From Macrostomum lignano (lineage: Eukaryota): a DNA stretch of 64,000 bases. The notes beneath the pieces were generated by a model, which had not been told where the DNA came from, did not search any database, and saw nothing but the letters and a program-made list of their open reading frames with translations. How positions within the stretch are numbered: the first letter of the stretch is position 1; each line of letters opens with the position of its first letter. Where the stretch lies: contig NIVC01003316.1 of the NCBI GenBank assembly GCA_002269645.1, positions 1 through 64,000 on the forward strand, written 5' to 3'. A program made the translations under genes and the position numbers. This document shows positions 30,961-42,878 of the stretch, piece after piece.

Positions 30961-31234
30961 GATTTCCCCAGACACACCTGCAGGCTGTCTCCGATCTCCC
31001 CAGACACACCTGCAGGCTGTCCCCGATCTCCCCAGACACACCTGCAGGCTGTCTCCGATCTCCCCAGACACACCTGCAGGCTGTCTCCGATCTCCCCAGA
31101 CACACCTGCAGGCTGTCCCCGATCTCCCCAGACGCACCTGCAGGCTGCCCCCGATCTCCCCAGACGGTCCCCGATCTCCCCAGACGCACCTGCAGGCTGT
31201 CCCCGATCTCCCCAGACGCACCTGCAGGCTGTCC
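30961..31234 (-). repeat. 32-bp minisatellite made of the exon-end/intron-start junction
   Basis: Minus-strand unit GACAGCCTGCAG|GTG(C/T)GTCTGGGGAGATCGG(G/A); 8 full copies plus one 20-bp partial. Confidence 0.95.
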
Positions 31235-33166
31235 AGGTCGCCCAGCTTGCAGTGCCAGTCAGCAGTGAGCAGCACGTTGGTGCTCTTCACATCCTGGTGC
31301 GCCAGGCTGAAGCTGCGCCAGTCGCCAGCCGCTGCGGCTTCGACCTCCTGCCGGCTGTGCAGGAAGTCCAGGGCGCTGGCCAGCTCGTGCGCCATCCGGA
31401 TTCGAACTCCGGCCAGCTGGAACTCGCAGGCTGGCGGCGCCCGGCCGGCGGCGAAGTCGTCAATCAGCTGCCGCAGGTTGCCGGCCTCGCACAGCTCGTA
31501 GACCAGCAGGAGGTCGCCGCCCGCCGCCTCGCCGCGGTGAGCGAAGCCGAGCAGCCACAGCAGCCGGGGATGGCGGAGGCCCGCCTGGCGCCGCAGCGCC
31601 TCCAGCGGGATGCCCGCAGAGTCGGGCAGCAGCTTCTTGACGGCGACCGGCCGCCCTGCCAGGTTCACCCGGTACACGCGGCCGAAGCTGCCGGCTCCGA
31701 GCTCCTCGCCGACCTGGCGGACCGCGGCATCCAGCTCGGCGAAGCTGAACTCCTGCAGCCCGGCCTCACCGTCCTCGGCCTCGGCCGCGGCCAGCAGCGT
31801 CTGCAGGCGGCCCCGCAGCACCGCGGCGGTGCACCTCTCGGCGAAGTTGTGCAGCAGGCAGGGCGCCACGGCTTCTCTGCAGACGCGGGCGTGCAGGCCT
31901 GCGGACAGCCGCAGCCCCGGCTGAGGCGGCGGAGCCCGACCGTCGGCCAGGGCCCAGCAGAGCCAGGACTCCTCCGGAGTGTCGCTGCTGGCGGGCTGGC
32001 CGCGCAGGCCGGTGAGCAGCTCCAAGATGGTGACCCCGGTGCTGAAGACGTCCCACTTGCAGGTGACTCGGTCTTCGGGCGGCCGGTAGCCCAGCGTGTG
32101 CACTCGGCCACCTGCTGGGCCCGCTGCTCACCCCAGACGGTCTGGCCGAGCCCTGCGGTGGTCAGGTCGAGGAAGTCCAGGTCGGCGAGGCGGCAGCGCC
32201 AGTCGCCGTCAACCAGGATGTTGCTGGGTTTCACATCCTTGTGCACGAAGCTGAAGCTGAGGAGGCCGGCCCGCTCGTCTCGCGCCATCGACTTCTCCTC
32301 GGTGGCGTGCAGGAACTCCACGGCCGAGGCGATGTCGGTTGCCATGCGGAGCCGCGTGCCGCCCAGGTGAAACCCGCTGGCCACCGCCTCCGCCGACGAC
32401 CACCAGCTGTGGGGCTCGGCGAACCGGTCGAGCAGCTGGCGGAGGTCGCCGTTGCTGTGGAAGTCGAACACGGAGTACATGCGGTCGTCGGCGGGCGAGT
32501 AGCCGAAGCCGACCAGCCGAGCGATGCTCGGGTGCCGCAGGCCGCTGAGGGCGCCGATCGACCTGCGGATGGCCTGGCGCGCCTCCTCGCTGATGCCCGG
32601 TCGGTAGGCCTTCACCGCGTGCTGCCGGCCTTCGACCAGCGCTGCCGTCCGGAAGACCTCGGCGAAGCCGCCCGAGCCGATCAGGGAGCCGCAGGCCACG
32701 GCGCGCCGCAGCTGCTCCGCCGGGAACTCCAGCGGCGAGTCGTCTGGTGGAGGCGGAGGCGGAGGCGGGGGCGGGGGTGGGGGCGGGGCAGGGGCAGAGG
32801 GGACGGAGGGGGCGGCTCCGCAGTCGTGGGCGGAGGCTGCCAGGCCTGGTTGAGCAGGTTGGACCGCACGAAGGCCTCGGCTTCGCGAAGTCCCCGACGG
32901 CTCAGGACCTCCAGCAGCTCTTCAAGGCTGCAGCTGCGCTCCCACAGCAGCAGGGCGGCCGCGGCTTCTCCGCCAGGACTCTGGCAGACCAGCAGGGCCT
33001 GGTCGGCTGACAGAGGCCGGCCCTCAGAGTCCAGGTAGTCTTCAACCAGAGCTCGCCAAGATTCGCCTTGCTGCAGCTTGCGGCCCAGGATGGCCCAGGT
33101 GGATGGGTAGCGAGCTCGCACCTGGTGCAGTCTGGTGCGCAGGTTCAGCGGCTGGCGGAGCGGCAT
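31222..33166 (-). CDS. IRAK/Pelle-like protein, exon 1: death domain, Pro-rich linker, kinase domain 1 and the N-terminal part of kinase domain 2; two apparent -1 frameshifts (near 32790 and 32120)
   Basis: ATG in gccgtcATGc context at 33166. Death-domain-like segment (LGRKLQQGESWRALVE...LLLWERSCSLEELLEVLSRRGLREAEAFV). Kinase 1 motifs: IGSGGFAEVF, HAVK, HKDVKPSN, LADLD, TLGYRPPE, DVFSTGV. Kinase 2 motifs: LGAGSFGRVY, VAVKK, LVYE, HQDVKSTN, LGDLD. Ends at a CAG|GTGCGT donor. Built from ORFs 32681-33205, 31665-32699 and 30841-32103. Confidence 0.8.
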
Positions 33167-36100
33167 GACGGCCTCTGCGATGCTTGCAGTTAGCTGAGAA
33201 TTCACTGCTGAGATGAAGGCTGAAATGAACTGCCTGCGCCTTCCGTCTTAGTGCTGCGCCCTGTGCGTATTGTACAGCTGGGGTAGAGTGTGCAGTGGGG
33301 TGCAGCTGGCGGTGTGCATTGACTGCCCGCCCTGCACTGCGCACAGGCTGTGCATCTGCTAAGTTTTTTCGCAAGCAGGGGTGGCTGGGCAGCTGCCTGT
33401 GAGCGCTTGGGCACTGCTTGAAGGAATGTCCATTCACACCGCCGTCGAATAAGCCATAAAGTAAAGGTCACACTTTGGATGTGCAAAGCCATCTGTATCA
33501 AAAGCGACACGACATACGAGCGTACTTTGGGCCGTGGGGGTTGAGCCTTGCTTGTGTTGAGTGCATACGAATTGTAGCAGAAGCTGAAGTAAAAATTCCC
33601 TGGAATTGGACCCCGGGGAACTTTCTGTCTGGCGCGTTTGAGACTCAGACCCGTTACGACCAAGCTACCCGACTCCCAGAAAAGAATACATACGTCAAAA
33701 TCGTTCAATCAATTACTGTCATCTTATTTATACACCTTGTAGATGATTGCTAAGTTTGGAAAATCAGTCAGTCAACAGAGTTGAATGAAGATGTTATGCT
33801 GTAGTGTCCCTCCCCCCTCCCGCCAAGGTGCTTTTTATCCAGTCTGGCCGGGTGTGAGGTGAGGTTGTAGGCGTGATACGCAGCGGTAACTAACTTCCTT
33901 TTTATTTGTCATAAGCAGTAAGTTTGAGCCAGTAATTTTCTGAAGCTTTATTTGAAGCAGCGACAATGCAGTGGGTACATGTTTGCATTGTGTATTTCGC
34001 GACGGGTCACGGGAAGACGTGTCAGGTGCCGCCGTCTCCTCCGCTCCTCAAACAACTTCAAGGCACAACTTATAGAGAACCCAGAGTTTGTGTTGTGATA
34101 CAAAACATTACTTGCGCCGCATTAGAGAGCCTTGGAGACTACAACGGGACAGCGATTGCGTCACAAGGAAGTCTGCAGCGGCGAAGTTTAGCTCCCTAAG
34201 GGAGGTGGGCGGTCGGCGGTCCTGCGGTCGATCCGCGTTGACAAAATGTGCGATCCAATTTTTACTTTCCGCTCCAGCCTCTCCACCTCTCTTAAGCCTC
34301 TTCCGCTCCGGACTGCAAAACTAATTTAATCATCGACATCAGAACCGGCGTCTATTGCTATGCTGACTTGCTGATGCTCTCAGAACCTCAGATCTTAATG
34401 TAGTGTCCCACAGATCCTAATTTTAAAACATTCTTCAGATCTTTCCATTTCAATCGCAACCTTCACTTTTACTCGTAAAACGGTACTCTTGATCGGATCC
34501 AGAAACAAACGTAGCACCAACAATTTTATTCAATGTTTCCTATATGTACGCGCTCGTACATGTACATGTACATATACAAATTAACGCAGCAGATTTGTAA
34601 GGACTCATACTATAGATTTTCTACCGAATTATTACAAGTACGCTCGAATAAATACCCCCCAAAAATTCATAAGTTTAAGTTTTTTCTAGACGGCGTTCAA
34701 AATTTTGATAAAAATACGTAATTGACATGCCCAGTCTACCATATGCATGCACGATAAAAGCGAGCCCAAATGTATTTGTCAGATCGAGTCAAAGTCTGAC
34801 ATTTGAATTCTGAGTCAAATTTGAGTCCAGATCAGCCTGACTCGACTTGGTTGAAAGGTATAGATAGAGTTGCAGTTTTAAACGAAGAAATCAACATCCT
34901 GCCGAAAAAGTTTTTCATTATGGGATTGAATTAAGCTTAAATTAAGTTGTCTTGATAATTGACTCGATCCAGATCTAGCCCTTCGTTGCGTTCTGCCTCC
35001 CTTTGATTTACCCTCTGACAAGGCCAGACTTTACGGAACCCCGGTAAGGGGTTTAAAAACGTATTTACATCACTTTATCTTTTGATAGTAATTTTGACGC
35101 CGGCCTAATTTAATTGTCTTACACGTATATCTACGTTCCTTCTGGCAAAAGGCTTTCTAATGCGAGCGATTTCGCCAAAAAATTATGGGTTTTCTGAAAA
35201 AAATCATGCCTAAATGATCTTTGCTTGGCATTATTGATGCTCTAAAATGATTGGTAAGCACAGCACATAAAATTATGCCTAAAATATTGTCAGATAGGCA
35301 AATCTAGAAAAACGTTTAGCTATATAAACAAAGCACATTGTGAGGCATATTTTTTTTTGCCCTTTTAGTAATAGTATGCTTTTAAAATTTAAACTTAATA
35401 TCATAAAAGTTATTGCTTTCTGATTTTTTAACAAAAAAGAATTTTTTTAAAGCAACTTTATTTTTTTATTTCTTTAAATTGCTCATTCACACGAACGATA
35501 TACCACGCTCGCCGTTGAACATCAACAGTGTAATAATATTTTAAAAAATTATTTGCCGCTTTTAATTGTTTAATTGTTAGTAAATTTTAACTGTAAGCAG
35601 TTTTGTATACTAGCCTAAATTTCTTTAGTTTTATTCCAATTTTAACTATCATTTCATGTTGATTTATTTTTTAAAAGTTAAGGTTTTAGTCTAAACCTCT
35701 CGTCTTCAATAAAAGTTAATCTCAACTTGAGGTTCGAGTTTTACATTTACATGAGTTGTAAATTTTGTTCTGAATTTAAATTTTAACTGAAATGAGAAAT
35801 TCCAAGTCAACAGATTTCCTGAACTGTTGCCAAAAGGAAACTAACTTTTCAAAATCTATTGAAACTTTTTTATGTTGTTATGTAGCTTAGGCCTAGCCTT
35901 ACTGCTAAAGCTATGTTTGCACAGTTTCCTAATCAGTACCTATTGTTTTTGTCTATGGGAGTGTTTTTGTACATCAGCAGTTTTAGTGACAGCTTTTTTG
36001 TGACATCCAAGTCATTTTAATGATAAGAAAAAAGGGTAATCCTTCTAATATCCCCTATCCATGAATTCCAAAAAGGCATAATTTTTTTCAACAAAAATAA

Positions 36101-36362
36101 TTTTTGTAGTAAGTTTAAGGAAAAATATTTTGCTATATAATAAAATTAGCCACAACAACAAAATATGTGGCCTATAGTTTGAAAAGCAACATGTACACCA
36201 ATATTTCCTGGTGTACAATAAAGGTCTTACCATTTTTCAGCATATACCATAGTCAGGAAGGTGGAACAGTGTGCACCGGAATAAATTTTTTGGGACAATC
36301 TATGCACTATCTATATGCTGTTTGTACGCCATCTGTGCGCCGTCTGTGTGCTATGTCTATGC

Positions 36363-36958
36363 TAGAGCTCAAACGGGATCCCGATCCCGATCTCGAATTC
36401 TCGGGATCCCAAAGATTTTTCGGGAATTCGGGATTGGGATCCCGAAGGCTTAGAGAACTCGGGATTCAGGAGCACAATAGATTGATAATGATGATGATGC
36501 TTTCAACAATCAAGAGCAGTAATCAATACTAAGCTAATATTTGTAACAGCAACTATAAATATGTTGAAAGTCTGATCTTGAATTCACCAAATAAAGCAGC
36601 AGATTTTTACTTAGTAACAGATTTGTAAAGAGTTGTACTCGTAAATAACAAACTAACAAGTATGAGGCTTTTCACGAAGCGATTCGAGTTTGAGGCTTTT
36701 CACGAAGCGATTCGAGTTTGAGGCTTTTCACAAAGCAATTCTAGAACCAGAATTTTACAAGAAAAAAGCAGTATAACTAATGCAATTCAATATTACATTA
36801 ACGCAGAACAGTCGCCTTTTGTGCGATTTTTAGCCAAGTAAGTAATATATTCCCAGATCCCGGATTCCCGAATACTAATGTCCCGAATCCCGATCCCAAA
36901 ATTATTTTCAATCCCAATCCCGCCTAATCCCGAAAATTCTGCTCCCGTTCGAGCTCTA
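36363..36958. mobile_element. hAT-type non-autonomous element (MITE), 596 bp
   Basis: Terminal inverted repeats TAGAGCTC(A/G)AACGGGA, perfect 8-bp TSD GTCTATGC (36355-36362 and 36959-36966), subterminal ATCCCG/CGGGAT repeats, no ORF. Confidence 0.9.
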
Positions 36959-37409
36959 GTCTATGCCCTTATTTTACATATTTTATGTAGTTTACATAAT
37001 TTATATAAAATATGTTTACAAATTTACAAAATTCTTAGAATTCATGTAGACTCAATATGCTATGCCAGTTTTATGCTAATAAAGATTCTATTCTGATTCC
37101 TTATACACCAAGTTATATCAAGTATATGTCAAGGATATGTCACAATTATATGCCACATGCGCTAGGGACCTTAGTGTATACCATGATCGTGCACCAAGGA
37201 CCCCTTATATGCACCGGAATTTTCCATGGCAAAGGCCACCTTCCTGACTATAGAGCATACATCAGGATATATCTTGGCATACGTGATATAGCAGATATAT
37301 TATGTCAAATGACAATTTTTTGTATTGGCATACAAACCTAGCATACAAGCAAGGTCTCGTCATTTTTTTCTGGCATTAAACCTGGTATGTATACACTAAT
37401 ACACAATCC

Positions 37410-38190
37410 AAACTATGGTACGTGGCCCTGTAGGCAAAGGTCATAGTTGGAGCAGAGTGCATCAGATGGCGCACCGCAAAGCCTCAGAGTAAACAAAATC
37501 TATTCTGTTGGCAATGTTGGGTACCCAAGCATTGCACAATAGGCAGCCTATGCCTTGATAGGTTTGGGCCTGATCCCACCTAAAGAATGAGAAGAACCCT
37601 GAAGAATGAGAAGCTAGATATCTTGAACAAGTTAGGGGCACTAGCCCTTGGCCCAGATCACATGGCCTGCCAGTTGAAGTTGCCACTGGCATAGGATAGT
37701 AGATAAGGAATTGTATAGGGCCTTGGTCCCAATGCTCTTGTCAGCTTGAAAGGCCACATGGAGTAGCCTTAAGTATGCTGATTCCAGTTGCCACTCTAGC
37801 ATAGCCATTAGCGTCCACATCTCAGCATTGTATAGCAAGATGGTTTTAATCACCCCTTGCCACAGCCGAGCCCTCTGGAAGTCAGGCAGCACTTCAGACT
37901 AGAGGACAGCTTGGATCAAACAAAAGGCTGCCCAGGCAAGTCCTCTATGTTGCTAAAGGTCCTTTTCTATGTGGGGCACTAGGCCATTAAGATAGGTGAA
38001 CTGCTGGCAGCATGCAAGCTTGGTCATCTGCCTATTTGCGCCACAGCATGTCAGGTCTGCTAGGATGTTAGCCAGCATAGTCAGCACCTCAGTTCTCAGC
38101 ATGTTGACAATCAGACCAACGCTTGATGCCACCTCAACCAGCCTGTCAATCTGGCACTAGGCGCCTTCAATGGACAAGGACAAGAGGGCA
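37410..38190 (-). mobile_element. 5'-truncated, degenerate non-LTR retrotransposon (RTE-like) RT C-terminal remnant
   Basis: Translates as LLSLSIEGA*CQIDRLVEVASSVGLIVNMLRTEVL and ARLWQGVIKTILLYNAEMWTL...AYLRLLH...LQLAGHV, typical post-YADD and thumb motifs, with in-frame stops. Confidence 0.75.
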
Positions 38191-38751
38191 AGTAAAATTA
38201 GCTTTTTTTCAAAATAAATTTGTTTAAATGTAATACCATTTCGTTTTAATTTTCATATTGTAATCACTATATTTTTACTATATTTTTAATTGATAATAAG
38301 CCAATTGTGTCTGATTGATTGGGCTTAGTGACTTGAATATACTTTACTAAGCCTACTTTAAACAAATTTATTTTAAAATCAGCCTTTTTACTTTAGCATG
38401 AAAGCTTGTGAGCTACATATATTAGAAAAATCATTTTTAGTTGAAAAAATGCATTTTTAGAATTTATTGGGGGGTTTAAAGGTTTGTTTTGTAAAGGGTT
38501 GTTTCATTTAGTTTTGTTTATTTATTATTGACAAAGTTGATAATCTTTCATTTATTTAAAATTTTTTAAACTTTTTGAATCATTCTTTGTTTTTCTTGAT
38601 AGGCATTTCATAAGGAGGACCCTTTATGCTTGTGTCTGGATATTCTGTGACAAATTTAAAATGATCTGCATATAAACAAAGTAATATGACAATATAATTT
38701 TTTAAATATACTCTATTAATCTTTTATCAGAATTTTTAAATATATATAATG

Positions 38752-40601
38752 TGTAGGGTGTCTGAAAAATAAATGAGGCTTGAAAGCGGCCGTTCAATTA
38801 TTTATTATCGATAATCGAGATTACCGGAAAAACACTTGCTTATTAGCTGGGTTTGCCTGGTGTATATTTATAGCAAAATTAACGGTGTTCTGGAAATTTC
38901 TTTAGAATTATAACAAAGATACAACGTTATAATGTAAACTGTAGCTAATACGGATAATTGCGTTGAATAAGAATATGGCTAATAATTAAACTATAAGATA
39001 TGTAAAGGTTCCGCGTAGAAATATTTTGTTATGGAAATTCGAAGAAAAATGCAGAAATTTCTTTTACTTAATTTGGAAATTTTACTCGTATAGAATGCGC
39101 AAAGGGGAAAGGAAACTTCTAGAAACTAGGTACATTGGAATAACAACGCTACAACAGTTCCCCCGCCGGAGACGGAGTCACCTGGAGAAGTACAGGAAAA
39201 AGTGATATACATTAGATGATGAATTGGGGGGGCGTGGACATGTACGTTTGTACATGCAGATTTCAAACTGTTACAGCATAGGGGCGATGATGTACATATT
39301 CAATAATAAGTGAAACGTTATTTCTGGTGAAGTCAAGCTGCTTGATTAATTAGTCATTTCGCAAATCAGACCTTACTGCGATGCCCCCGGTTGGCCGAAT
39401 AGCAATGTACATAGACGGAATGTGCCAGGATGCAGACAGACGACACCCGGAACAAGATCGGTGCACCGTGAGTCGAGGCGGGCTGTCGCTCTGCTTCGGT
39501 AGGCATCTCGTAGCAGGTGAACACGCAACGCGCTTCTGGTAGGAGAACTTGGGATGCTTGTGGCACGCTCAGCCACACTCCAGGACGACGGATCGTCAGG
39601 CAGGACGACCTTTCGAATTGCAGGCAGACTCCCGAGACTAATATGAGGACGACGGCGGGCAGTCGCTGAATATTGCTGGGCATGGCTGATGGAGCGCACA
39701 AGGCGAACCGATTGACAGGCTGGGTTGCCCCTCGGGATGTCGATCACCTCGTGGAAGGTGTCATATAAAGACGATCGCCGAAGGTTTCAGCCGCGCGTTC
39801 CTTGGTCAATAGCAGCTTGGTTGACTGATGATATTTCGGCTTATTTTGGCGTAGAATTTGGTGGGGCTCACGGAAGACTCTATCGAACGGCCTGGTAATA
39901 ACCCGTGTAGGCATTTTCTGGCGGTCGTCGATTGAGATCCGTGCCAACTTCGGTACAGCGTTTGCAGAATTAGGTTTCGTATATGATGACTTCGGCAGAG
40001 CCAGTAGTTGGACGACGGCCGCGTGCAGACGACGATGATGAAGCTTGGCGTTGATGGCGATGTCGATGATGGCGTTATGCTACTTACAGGCAGTATTTAC
40101 AGCGGTATTTACACACACGTACGCGCTTCATCCATGCTTCGCCAGCGTAGCCCCCTTACTGGGGACTCAGATGAATGTTGGACGCCTCACCGGACCAGTT
40201 GTAGAGTGTCTGAAAAATAAATGAGGCTTGAAAGCAGCGGTTCAATTATTTATTATCGATAATCGAGATTACCGGAAAAACACTTGCTTATTAGCTGGGT
40301 TTGCCTGGTGTATATTTATAGCAAAATTAACGGTGTTCTGGAAATTTCTTTAGAATTATAACAAAGATACAACGTTATAATGTAAACTGTAGCTAATACG
40401 GATAAATGCGTTGAATAAGAATATGGCTAATAATTAAACTATAAGATATGTAAAGGTTCCGCGTAGAAATATTTTGTTATGGAAATTCGAAGAAAAATGC
40501 AGAAATTTCTTTTACTTAATTTGGAAATTTTACTCGTATAGAATGCGCGAAGGGGAAAGGAAACTTCTAGAAACTAGGTACATTGGAATAACAACGCTAC
40601 A
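38752..40601 (-). mobile_element. Non-autonomous LTR retrotransposon (TRIM/LARD-like), intact ends
   Basis: Two 402-bp LTRs (38752-39153, 40200-40601) bounded by TGTAG...CTACA, differing at only a handful of positions. 4-bp TSD AATG. On the minus strand: PBS TGGTCCGGTGAG next to the 5' LTR, purine tract GGCGGGGGAA before the 3' LTR, TATAAAT and AATAAA within the LTR. The 1046-bp interior has no gag/pol ORF. Confidence 0.92.
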
Positions 40602-41172
40602 AATGCATAACTTAACAAAATAAACTGTTACTCTTTTTTTAAATAAAATGACCTGCTCATTGAATTGGTTTCATTTTATACCAAACTTTCTATTTTTACC
40701 AAAAGTGAAGTGTGTTCATCTTAGAAGCAACTTGTTACCAAAATGACTATTTGTCATTAAAATGTTTGTCACTGAAATGATTTATCATTGAAATTACCTG
40801 CACCCTTAGTAGCATTCCATTGTTAAATTGTTTGTGTATTTTTACTATTAGGTCATAATAGGCCTACCCTACTGATTAGAGGTTTTATATAGGCATTTAT
40901 TTTATAGATAATATTTACTTAATTTGCCTAGAAGTTAAATTTTAAATGTGTCAATAAGTTAAATAGTAAAGAACACAAAATAAACCATGTCTTATTGATT
41001 TGGACACAAAAAATTATTGTCCTAATCTTATTCCTTTGGTTGTATACCTATACTTGTAGTTATATATTAGCATTTAGCACTTTAAATGCAAAAACTAGTT
41101 GTCACAAGTTATATTTGTGACATATTGACTATATTGACTATTGACTATTGATATACATTGACTATATATATA

Positions 41173-41881
41173 TAGTGATAGATTGAAATTATCTTTCAAA
41201 TCGAAATTTTCGCTTCCTTAAAATCGAAATCAAAATCGAAATTTTTGAGCTTAACAAATTTTTACTTTTTTGCTAATCATGCAAAAAGGTTAACACCTTG
41301 CCTCTGCATGTATGAGCTCACATGTTTTATAAAAAGTATCTTTGATATGTTTAAACCAGAATACTTAAGATTTAACTTACTTTAAAAATACAAAATAGAA
41401 AATGCTGGTGTATTATGTATTATACACTCGTACATAGAAATATAGTGAAGTTGTATTATACTTCACTGCTGTTTAAGCTAAAGATCTAGATATGAGTAGC
41501 CTATATCCATATCATTAAGGCTTTAAGTCTTTAGCCAATTAAAATCCACGCCAATGAGTTCAGCCAGTGGGCTTGTGGAGGTTGAGGTGGGTGCAGCACA
41601 AGGCCTGGAACAGTGTGTGCCCCGCACAATCTTTCTTATAGAAAGGTGATTCTCATCTCCCCACTGAGTCTTTGAACTGCACTTCTTTTCACTTCCTATA
41701 GATTTTCTTTCTCGTGTAGCATGATCATCAATGTCTAAATTGTTAAAATATAACCAAAATTTTAAAATGATTTTCAATGAATGGTGTTGAAATTCAAAAT
41801 TGAAATCAAAATTATTTCAATTCAAAATTAGTTTCGAAATTCGGAATATCAAAATCGAAATCAAATTTCAATCCATCACTA
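41173..41881. mobile_element. Second hAT-type MITE, 709 bp
   Basis: TIRs TAGTGAT(A/G)GATTGAAATT, 8-bp TSD TATATATA on both sides, subterminal AAATCGAAAT repeats. Confidence 0.8.
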
Positions 41882-42878
41882 TATATATAGTCATTTGTTG
41901 AACATTTCAAAATTCTAAAAAGTTGCAAGGATAGGCCTTAAAGACAAAATTTTTCCTTCTTTCTTTAAAATTAGGCATTAGAATGATTGCATCAATTTTT
42001 ATGTATACATATGCTTCTATATAGTATACACTAGGCCCTATATTTTATAGTGCAATTTTTGTGCATTTTGTGCATTTAATACCAGTTAATAGGACTTAAA
42101 ATACTCTATGATATAACAAGATATATTTAAGACCCATAAATGCCATACATTTTACCTGGTTGTATGACTTTCTTTTTGACCAAATATGTGATTTATCTAT
42201 AATATCCTAAAGCAAAAATTAACATACTTTTGTATAAATGGCAAGAGTAACTATGAATATGCCTTATCATCTATTTAGTATTATTACCATTTTTGGGTTG
42301 GCATTTTTGCAATATACCTTTGCTAGACATCTTGCCACCTAGCTGAATTAACTAGGTGTTAGGCATATATATTAAGACAACAGATATGAAATCGACATAG
42401 AATATTATATATTTAATCTAGATGCAATAAATTAGAGAATTGATTTAGGTTGCAATTTGACCTCTTTTCTATATAATAATTTGCCTAATTTTGATACAGT
42501 TCTGTATTTTAATATATATACTCTTAATAAATTGTTATCTTTGTCTGAATATAAGCATAGCTTAACATTATGACCACACAATTGATTGGTTTTAAAAGTA
42601 AAGAGAAGTTAGTAGCAAATAGCATGTTTCTTTAATTATTATAATTATATATACTATGCACTTGTTAAACTATTAAGACAATTTTTCAGTAAAGATTGCA
42701 ATGTTATCAAACCATATTAAATGGTTGCTAACTGGTAGTAAGATTCTATTTAAATTTCTCATAGAGGGGGATAGAGTCAACAACATACATGCGCAACTTC
42801 TGAAATTACGCTGGCCGTGCGACTTAGTTTTCGATAAAAAATGCGACTTACCTATGAAAGAGCCAAGCAAAAACTTTA

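Noticed and set aside
32718-32778. Possible GT-AG intron explaining the first kinase-gene frameshift
   Set aside because: The 61-nt candidate has a poor donor (GTCCCC) and does not restore the kinase frame.
31252-33038. Plus-strand ORFs of 372 and 265 aa
   Set aside because: Antisense shadows of the GC-rich kinase coding sequence.
39744-39947. Possible integrase GPY/F-like remnant (RPFDRVFREPHQIL) inside the LTR element
   Set aside because: Similarity too weak to call without a profile search.
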